Below, one piece after another: positions 54,790 to 64,000 of a DNA stretch of 64,000 nucleotides. The stretch's first letter is position 1. Each line of letters starts with the position of its first letter. Below the pieces are notes generated by a model. The model made no database searches. It was not told where the DNA came from and saw only the letters and a program-made list of their open reading frames with translations. The DNA is taken from contig OZ024745.1 in assembly GCA_964016885.1 (NCBI GenBank), positions 31,744,001 to 31,808,000 of the forward strand, read 5' to 3'. Origin of the DNA: Eledone cirrhosa (taxonomy: Eukaryota). Position numbers and translations under genes: made by a program.

Positions 54790-54874
54790 ATTTGTTAACT
54801 ATCAGTAAATTGCCGGCTTATCTGTAAAATTAACAAAATGGATTCGGTAGTGATCATGGGAGAGTATTCATACT

Positions 54875-54900
54875 AGCTTCCGGTGCAACTACTTCCGTTG
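54875..54900 (-). promoter_or_regulatory. Putative CCT7 proximal promoter with tandem ETS-like motifs
   Basis: Minus strand ACGGAAGT..CCGGAAGC about 90-110 bp upstream of the ATG. Confidence 0.5.
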
Positions 54901-55051
54901 TAAGTATCACCATGACTACAGGGTTTGTTATTTCGGCCATGAACTCTGGGCTGTTTTCATTTCCTTCGAACATTTTATTAAAAAAAATTGTTTACATTTT
55001 ATTAAAAGGTGATGGCTGTTTTTCTATTCGGTATCATTATGATAGCGATGA

Positions 55052-55580
55052 TAACGGTGGATTGGCAGTATCGGTAGAGAGTCGGACGCCATGCTTTCCA
55101 GCATAGTTACGTCCCTTTACGGTCTGAGTTCAAATCCCACCGAGGTTCACTTTGCCTTTCATCCTTACGGGGTCAATAAAATAAAGTACCAGTAATGTAC
55201 TGGGTAATTGCTAGCCTTGTGCCAAAAGTAGAAACAATTATGATAGCGATGATTGATTATTCTTTCTCATATTTTTATTGTGCTCTTACACACACACCAT
55301 ATACATACCTTTTTAATGTACTTTCTCGTTACCTTCCTAGTGGAACATTGTTGTATTATTCTGACTGTGAATAGGGCGGTGGATTGGCAGAATCGGTAGA
55401 GTGTCAGACACCATGCTTTGTAGCATAGAGTTACAGCCCTTTGCGGTCTGAGTTCACATCGCGCTGAGGTTAGCTTTGCCTTTCATCCTTACGAAGTCGA
55501 TAAAATAAAGTAGAAATAATGCACTAGGGTTGATTTAATTGACTTTCCCCTCCCCCGACATCGCTGGCCTTGTGCCTATA
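55052..55580 (+). mobile_element. Two tRNA-derived SINEs (55052-55250; 55375-55580)
   Basis: Same family as 40781. The first is flanked by the duplicated ATTATGATAGCGATGAT. Confidence 0.85.
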
Positions 55581-56924
55581 TTATTCTGACTATAAATACA
55601 AAGAAGGGTAAATTTATAGAATGATACCCGCTGGGGTTCGCTAAGAAATGTTCGTGTTTTCAACTAATCTGACCTCCGACATGCTCTAAATCTACTTTTT
55701 TTCAAAAACGAATTGAGAAGGAACCCAGCCTCGTAGTTTTCTTCGGTAGAATTTTTTTTTTCTAGGTTTTTTTCGTTTGTTTTCAAGCGATCTAACATCC
55801 GACTCACTCGCAAACGACACCTATTTCTGAAAACGGAGGCAGGGAGAGAGGGGGACCCTCGCAGTCACAGATAAGCATCTCTCAGCAGTTTAAACTTATA
55901 GAAGAGTACCCGCTAAGAAAATTTTTTTCTCCTAGATTTTATCGTGTTTTCAACTCATTTAACCTCCGACATGTTCACAGTCGATTTTTTAAATGAGGAA
56001 GGGAGACTACTCCATGTAAGAGTTGTTTCCATTAAGTGCGCGTGTATTTAGTGGGTTGTCAAGTATGGAATTTGTAGAGATTTGTAAAAGAAAAACAAAT
56101 TTTTACAAATTTCATACTTGATCCAATATATATATAACTTTGATAGGTTTCGGCCATGTCTAACTTAATAGTACCATCTGGCGAAGTCTTTCAAATCATG
56201 ATTCGGACACCATGGCCATCAAGTAGAGAGTTATTTTTTACGGAAACATATCCGTGTGGAAGAGGTTTAACCGGGATTTCTTGGAGGAATTTGTCTAAAG
56301 ACTTTTTGAATTTTATGGGATTTGTTTCTGATTTTATGTGTTTTGATGTGATGGACCAGTTGAGGTGAAAGAATTGGTCCGTAATGTTGTGAACACTCTG
56401 CTATCCAAGATCCCAGATGAACCCACAGCATGGAATGAAGGTAAACCTAAGGGCAGCAACAACGAACTCCCTCCTAAATCAATGGCCATCCAACGCAAGC
56501 TGGATATAGAAAGTGAAGCAAAAATGGCTGAAGCAGGTAAAGGAGTAAACTGACATAGATCTTAGAGCATAAGGCGAAATGCATTGCAGTATTTCCCCTT
56601 ACGCTTTCAGTTCACATCCTACCAAGATGAATTTTACCTCACATCATTTCGGGTACGATTAAATCAAGTACTAGTCCATGATGGTGAGCTGGTAGAAATG
56701 TTAAGCATTAAAAGAGATGCCTTGTGGTATATTGGTTTCCATATGTTTATGGTGGGGCCGATAATGTTGTTGGAACTCAATGTGGTCTTAATGAAATGGT
56801 TTCAGCGGGATTAGGCGGTGAGTGCTATAGTTTTTGTGGTAGGTGCTTATCGCGTAAGGTTTCTTCGAATAATCAACTCAAGTTACAGAGTCCTTTTTAT
56901 ATATAGGTGTGTGTGTGTGTTGAT

Positions 56925-57369
56925 CAATGAAAATAAAACAAAAGTCGGAGATAAGTAGTTAATTAGTTCATTGTTTTACGATCGTTTCGGGGGTTTGATT
57001 GATCATGGTAGATTGATATATCAACTATCAAGTAATGGTAACGTCACCACCTGTTTCTTGTCGCGAAATCTTTGATCAATCTCACCGCCTTCTTCAGAAA
57101 CGATTTCTGAGGAAGTGTAAATTTATAGAAAGACACCCGCTAGGGTTCGCTAAGAAACTTTTTTTCTATGTTTTTTCGTGAGTTTTCAGAAACCATTTCT
57201 GAGAAAGACGGTGAGATTGACCAGAGATTTCGAGACTAGAAACGAGTAACGAAGTAAGAACTACCTGCTGTCAATATATCGATCTACCATGATCAATCAA
57301 CCTTCTGAAACGGTCGTAAAACTAAGAACAAATTAACCAACTATCTCCGACTTATATTTTATTTTCATT
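56925..57369. repeat. Diverged inverted repeat (~185-bp arms) with long-stem-II hammerhead motifs
   Basis: 56925-57110 versus 57186-57369. Minus 56973-57101 reads GTTT-CTGAAGA-[~100 nt closed by GATTGATCA/TGATCAATC]-GAA-ACGATCGT-A-AAAC. Confidence 0.75.
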
Positions 57370-57410
57370 GTTCGGCTCACGTACACCCACGCACGCACAC
57401 ATACACACAC

Positions 57411-57518
57411 AAAATGTTTGGAGGTATCAGAATACATCTGTATCCATGGTCGACCCGGTTTTTTTTAATAACGAGTCGACCATGAATGCAAATGTGTTCT
57501 TATACCTCCAAACATTTT
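57411..57518. repeat. Fold-back hairpin (~45-bp arms)
   Basis: AAAATGTTTGGAGGTAT...CATGGTCGAC / GTCGACCATG...ATACCTCCAAACATTTT. Confidence 0.8.
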
Positions 57519-57630
57519 TCTTAAAGAATAAACGTTTCATGAATGTGAAGCACGCTATGCTTCGGCTAAAGGGATCTAATATATTATATCATAGTTCATT
57601 CTCCTCTATTCTTATGATATATGTCTCTTA

Positions 57631-57682
<52 letters not shown>

Positions 57683-57778
57683 CAATGGCGGACTGGGTCT
57701 AAAAATATCGGGTGCCAGGAGATGAAGGGGGGGGGGGACACACACACACCTACATATAGAATCCTATCATTTAATTTT

Positions 57779-58390
57779 AATTTTGAAAGTAGGTTTATTA
57801 TTATAAACTTTCATTATACTCTTGTAGCTGTCTCGGCGGCCTATTTGGAGGAATTATAGACTGTAGTGATCCTGGTCGGGAGTAGGGTTCCCGGTAAACC
57901 TTTTCAGTCTTTTTTCTGTGGGATGTAAAATAAAAACTGAAAGACATTACATGTACCTTTTGACCAGGATTGAACCCAAGTCCAGGATCTCCACCGTCTC
58001 TAGAACCTTCCGCTAGGCCACTGAGACAACTACGAAAATCTTATGAAAATTCATACTTATAAACCTACTTTCAAAATGTTCAAACCTAAAGTAAAGGCCA
58101 CGAACGACACCACATCTTTTTAACTTTGATTTTGAAAGTAGGTTTATAATTATTAATTTTCATTATACTTGTGTAGCTGTCTCGGCAGCCGAGTTGGAGG
58201 AATCATAGACGGTGGTAACCCTGGTCTGAAGTTCGATCCTGGACGGGCGTAGGGTACCCGGTAAGCCTTTCCAGTTTTTATTTTACATCCCATAGAAAAA
58301 AAAAAGATTACATGTATCTCTTGACCAGGATTGAACCCAAAGCCACGATCTCCACCGTCTCTAGTACCTACCGTTAAGCCACTGAGACAA
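57779..58390. mobile_element. Two tandem fold-back elements with tRNA-like (Pol III A/B box) arms
   Basis: Copy 1 (57779-58077) has termini TTTGAAAGTAGGTTTAT / ATAAACCTACTTTCAAA, and copy 2 starts at ~58131. B boxes are GTTCGATCC (+) and GGTTCAATCC (-). Confidence 0.6.
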
Positions 58391-61300
58391 CCCAAGGCCA
58401 TGATATCCACCGTCTCTAGTACCTACCGTTAAGTCACTGAGACAACCCAAGGCCACGATCTCCACCGTCTCTAGTACCTACCGTTAAGTCACTGAGACAA
58501 CCCAAGGCCACGATATCCACCGTCTCTAGTACCTACCGTTAAGTCACTGAGACAACCGAAGGCCACGATATCCACCGTCTCTAGTACCTACCGTTAAGCT
58601 ACTGAGACAACCCAAGGCCAGGATCTCCACCGTCTCTAGTACCTACCGTTAAGTCACTGAGACAACCCAAGGCCACGATATCCACCGTCTCTAGTACCTA
58701 CCGTTAAGTCACTGAGACAACCCAAGGCCACGATATCCACCGTCTCTAGTACCTACCGTTAAGTCACTGAGACAACCCAAGGCCAGGATCTCCACCGTCT
58801 CTAGTACCTACCGTTAAGCTACTGAGACAACCCAAGGCCAGGATCTCCACCGTCTCTAGTACCTACCGTTAAGTCACTGAAACAACCCAAGGCCACGATA
58901 TCCACCGTCTCTAGTACCTACCGTTAAGTCACTGAGACAACCCAAGGCCAGGATCTCCACCGTCTCTAGTACCTACCGTTAAGTCACTGAGACAACCCAA
59001 GGCCACGATATCCACCGTCTCTAGTACCTACCGTTAAGTCACTGAGACAACCCAAGGCCAGGATCTCCACCGTCTCTAGTACCTACCGTTAAGTCACTGA
59101 GACAACCCAAGGCCACGATATCCACCGTCTCTAGTACCTACCGTTAAGTCACTGAGACAACCCAAGGCCAGGATCTCCACCGTCTCTAGTACCTACCGTT
59201 AAGTCACTGAGACAACCCAAGGCCACGATATCCACCGTCTCTAGTACCTACCGTTAAGTCACTGAGACAACCCAAGGCCACGATATCCACCGTCTCTAGT
59301 ACCTACCGTTAAGCTACTGAGACAACCCAAGGCCAGGATCTCCACCGTCTCTAGTACCTACCGTTAAGTCACTGAGACAACCCAAGGCCACGATCTCCAC
59401 CGTCTCTAGTACATACCGTTAAGTCACTGAGACAACCCAAGGCCACGATATCCACCGTCTCTAGTACCTACCGTTAAGTCACTGAGACAACCCAAGGCTA
59501 GGATCTCCACCGTCTCTAGTACCTACCGTTAAGTCACTGAGACAACCCAAGGCTAGGATATCCACCGTCTCTAGTACCTACCGTTAGGCCACTGAGACAA
59601 CCCAAGGCTAGGATCTCCACCGTCTCTAGTACCTACCGTTAAGCCACTGAGACAACCCAAGGCTAGGATCTCCACCGTCTCTAGTACCTACCGTTAAGTC
59701 ACTGAGACAACCCAAGGCCAGGATATCCACCGTCTCTAGTACCTACCGTTAGGCCACTGAGACAACCCAAGGCCACGATCTCCACCGTCTCTAGTACCTA
59801 CCGTTAAGCCACTGAGACAACCCAAGGCCAGGATATCCACCGTCTCTAGTACCTACCGTTAGGCCACTGAGACAACCCAAGGCCACGATATCCACCGTCT
59901 CTAGTACCTACCGTTAAGCCACTGAGACAACCCAAGGCCACGATATCCACCGTCTCTAGTACCTACCGTTAAGTCACTGAGACAACCCAAGGCCACGATA
60001 TCCACCGTCTCTAGTACCTACCGTTAAGTCACTGAGACAACCCAAGGCCACGATATCCACCGTCTCTAGTACCTACTGTTAAGTCACTGAGACAACCCAA
60101 GGCCAGGATATCCACCGTCTCTAGTACCTACCGTTAAGCCACTGAGACAACCCAAGGCCACGATATCCACCGTCTCTAGTACCTACCGTTAAGTCACTGA
60201 GACAACCCAAGGCCACGATATCCACCGTCTCTAGCACCCACCGTTAGGCCACTGAGACAACCCAAGGCCACGATATCCACCGTCTCTAGTACCTACCGTT
60301 AAGCCACTGAGACAACCCAAGGCCACGATATCCACCGTCTCTAGTACCTACCGTTAAGTCACTGAGACAACCCAAGGCCAGGATCTCCACCGTCTCTAGT
60401 ACTTACCGTTAAGCCACTGAGACAACCCAAGGCTAGGATCTCCACCGTCTCTAGTACCTACCGTTAGGCCACTGAGACAACCCAAGGCCAGGATCTCCAC
60501 CGTCTCTAGTACCTACCGTTAGGCCACTGAGACAACCCAAGGCCAGGATCTCCACCGTCTCTAGTACCTACCGTTAAGTCACTGAGACAACTCAAGGCCA
60601 CGATCTCCACCGTCTCTAGTACCTACCGTTAGGCCACTGAGACAACCCAAGGCCAGGATCTCCACCGTCTCTAGTACCTACCGTTAAGTCACTGAGACAA
60701 CCCAAGGCCAGGATCTCCACCGTCTCTAGTACCTACCGTTAAGTCACTGAGACAACCCAAGGCCACGATATCCACCGTCTCTAGTACCTACCGTTAAGTC
60801 ACTGAGACAACCCAAGGCCACGATCTCCACCGTCTCTAGTACCTACCGTTAAGTCACTGAGACAACCCAAGGCCACGATCTCCACCGTCTCTAGTACCTA
60901 CCGTTAAGTCACTGAGACAACCCAAGGCCACGATATCCACCGTCTCAAGTACCTACCGTTAGGCCACTGAGACAACCCAAGGCTAGGATCTCCACCGTCT
61001 CTAGTACCTACCGTTAAGTCACTGAGACAACCCAAGGCCAGGATCTCCACCGTCTCTAGTACCTACCGTTAAGTCACTGAGACAACCCAAGGCCAGGATC
61101 TCCACCGTCTCTAGTACCTACCGTTAGGCCACTGAGACAACCCAAGGCCACGATCTCCACCGTCTCTAGTACCTACCGTTAAGCCACTGAGACAAACCAA
61201 GGCCACGATATCCACCGTTTCTAGTACCTGCCGTTAAGTCACTGAGACAACCCAAGGCCACGATCTCCACCGTCTCTAGTACCTACCGTTAAGCCACTGA

Positions 61301-64000
61301 GACAACCCAAGGCCAGGATCTCCACCGTCTCTAGTACCTACCGTTAAGTCACTGAGACAACCCAAGGCCAGTATATCCACCGTCTCTAATACCTACCGTT
61401 AAGCCACTGAGACAACCCAAGGCCAGGATATCCACCGTCTCTAGTACCTACCGTTAAGTCACTGAGACAACCCAAGGCCAGGATATCCACCGTCTCTAGT
61501 ACCTACCGTTAAGCCACTGAGACAACCCAAGGCCAGGATATCCACCGTCTCTAGTACCTACCGTTAAGTCACTGAGACAACCCAAGGCCAGGATATCCAC
61601 CGTCTCTAGTACCTACCGTTAAGTCACTGAGACAACCCAAGGCCAGGATATCCACCGTCTCTAGTACCTACCGTTAGGCCACTGAGACAACCCAAGGCCA
61701 GGATATCCACCGTCTCTAGTACCTACCGTTAAGTCACTGAGACAACCCAAGGCCAGGATATCCACCGTCTCTAGTACCTACCGTTAAGCCACTGAGACAA
61801 CCCAAGGCCAGGATATCCACCGTCTCTAGTACCTACCGTTAAGTCACTGAGACAACCCAAGGCCAGGATATCCACCGTCTCTAGTACCTACCGTTAGGCC
61901 ACTGAGACAACCCAAGGCCAGGATATCCACCGTCTCTAGTACCTACCGTTAAGTCACTGAGACAACCCAAGGCCAGGATATCCACCGTCTCTAGTACCTA
62001 CCGTTAAGTCACTGAGACAACCCAAGGCTAGGATCTCCACCGTCTCTAGTACCTACCGTTAAGTCACTGAGACAACCCAAGGCCAGGATATCCACCGTCT
62101 CTAGTACCTACCGTTAAGTCACTGAGACAACCCAAGGCCAGGATATCCACCGTCTCTAGTACCTACCGTTAAGCCACTGAGACAACCCAAAGCCACGATC
62201 TCCACCGTCTCTAGTACCTACCGTTAAGCCACTGAGACAACCCAAGGCCACGATCTCCACCGTCTCTAGTACCTACCGTTAAGTCACTGAGACAACCCAA
62301 GGCCACGATCTCCACCGTCTCTAGTACCTACCGTTAAGCCACTGAGACAACCCAAAGCCACGATCTCCACCGTCTCTAGTACCTACCGTTAAGCCACTGA
62401 GACAACCCAAGGCCACGATCTCCACCGTCTCTAGTACCTACCGTTAAGTCACTGAGACAACCCAAGGCCACGATCTCCACCGTCTCTAGTACCTACCGTT
62501 AAGCCACTGAGACAACCCAAGGCCTCGATATCCACCGTCTCTAGTACCTACCGTTAAGTCACTGAGACAACCCAAGGCCATGATATCCACCGTCTCTAGT
62601 ACCTACCGTTAAGTCACTGAGACAACCCAAGGCCACGATCTCCACCGTCTCTAGTACCTACCGTTAAGTCACTGAGACAACCCAAGGCCACGATATCCAC
62701 CGTCTCTAGTACCTACCGTTAAGTCACTGAGACAACCCAAGGCCACGATATCCACCGTCTCTAGTACCTACCGTTAAGCTACTGAGACAACCCAAGGCCA
62801 GGATCTCCACCGTCTCTAGTACCTACCGTTAAGCTACTGAGACAACCCAAGGCCAGGATCTCCACCGTCTCTAGTACCTACCGTTAAGTCACTGAGACAA
62901 CCCAAGGCCACGATATCCACCGTCTCTAGGACCTACCGTTAAGTCACTGAGACAACCCAAGGCCACGATATCCACCGTCTCTAGTACCTACCGTTAAGTC
63001 ACTGAGACAACCCAAGGCCAGGATCTCCACCGTCTCTAGTACCTACCGTTAAGCTACTGAGACAACCCAAGGCCAGGATCTCCACCGTCTCTAGTACCTA
63101 CCGTTAAGTCACTGAGACAAACCAAGGCCACGATATCCACCGTCTCTAGTACCTACCGTTAAGTCACTGAGACAACCCAAGGCCAGGATCTCCACCGTCT
63201 CTAGTACCTACCGTTAAGTCACTGAGACAACCCAAGGCCACGATATCCACCGTCTCTAGTACCTACCGTTAAGTCACTGAGACAACCCAAGGCCAGGATC
63301 TCCACCGTCTCTAGTACCTACCGTTAAGTCACTGAGACAACCCAAGGCCACGATATCCACCGTCTCTAGTACCTACCGTTAAGTCACTGAGACAACCCAA
63401 GGCCAGGATCTCCACCGTCTCTAGTACCTACCGTTAAGTCACTGAGACAACCCAAGGCCACGATATCCACCGTCTCTAGTACCTACCGTTAAGTCACTGA
63501 GACAACCCAAGGCCACGATATCCACCGTCTCTAGTACCTACCGTTAAGCTACTGAGACAACCCAAGGCCAGGATCTCCACCGTCTCTAGTACCTACCGTT
63601 AAGTCACTGAGACAACCCAAGGCCACGATCTCCACCGTCCCTAGTACCTACCGTTAAGTCACTGAGACAACCCAAGGCCACGATATCCACCGTCTCTAGT
63701 ACCTACCGTTAAGTCACTGAGACAACCCAAGGCTAGGATCTCCACCGTCTCTAGTACCTACCGTTAAGTCACTGAGACAACCCAAGGCCACGATATCCAC
63801 CGTCTCAAGTACCTACCGTTAGGCCACTGAGACAACCCAAGGCTAGGATCTCCACCGTCTCTAGTACCTACCGTTAAGCCACTGAGACAACCCAAGGCTA
63901 GGATCTCCACCGTCTCTAGTACCTACCGTTAAGTCACTGAGACAACCCAAGGCCAGGATATCCACCGTCTCTAGTACCTACCGTTAGGCCACTGAGACAA
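58336..64000. repeat. 55-bp tandem satellite, 103 units, running off the window end
   Basis: Unit CCCAAGGCCACGATATCCACCGTCTCTAGTACCTACCGTTAAGTCACTGAGACAA. 5665 bp = 103 x 55, so phase is preserved. Confidence 0.98.

Noticed and set aside
56156-56560. Short ORFs (LLSKIPDEP)
   Set aside because: Possibly a decayed LINE C-terminus but too degenerate to call.
58336-64000. CRISPR array or tRNA gene array
   Set aside because: Units are head-to-tail near-identical with no spacers, and they lack a B box and cloverleaf.

Overview
AT-rich, repeat-dense eukaryotic DNA; the SINE, LINE and microsatellite content suggests an octopus or other cephalopod (inference). There is one intact host gene: a 12-exon chaperonin subunit CCT7 (TCP-1 eta) on the minus strand (54789 to 32403; 1620-nt CDS, 539 aa, all introns GT-AG). 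CCT7 intron 9 holds four H/ACA snoRNA-like sequences. Two look like U19/SNORA74/snR191 orthologues whose guide pockets match large-subunit rRNA helix 69, and two are shorter paralogues with altered pockets. The rest is mobile DNA: RTE LINEs nested in (TA)n tracts, a CR1-like fragment, a Gypsy integrase relic, piggyBac relics, tRNA-derived SINEs, MITEs and two satellites (17-bp A/B and 55-bp). The most striking unannotated layer is about 10 minimal type-I hammerhead ribozyme motifs from several unrelated non-coding families. Most sit in or beside fold-back inverted repeats near (TA)n tracts, resembling Penelope pLTRs or retrozymes. They include a circularly permuted ~470-nt monomer, U3-A8 core variants and one motif with a ~100-nt stem II. 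All structures were read by eye and none has been computationally or experimentally validated.
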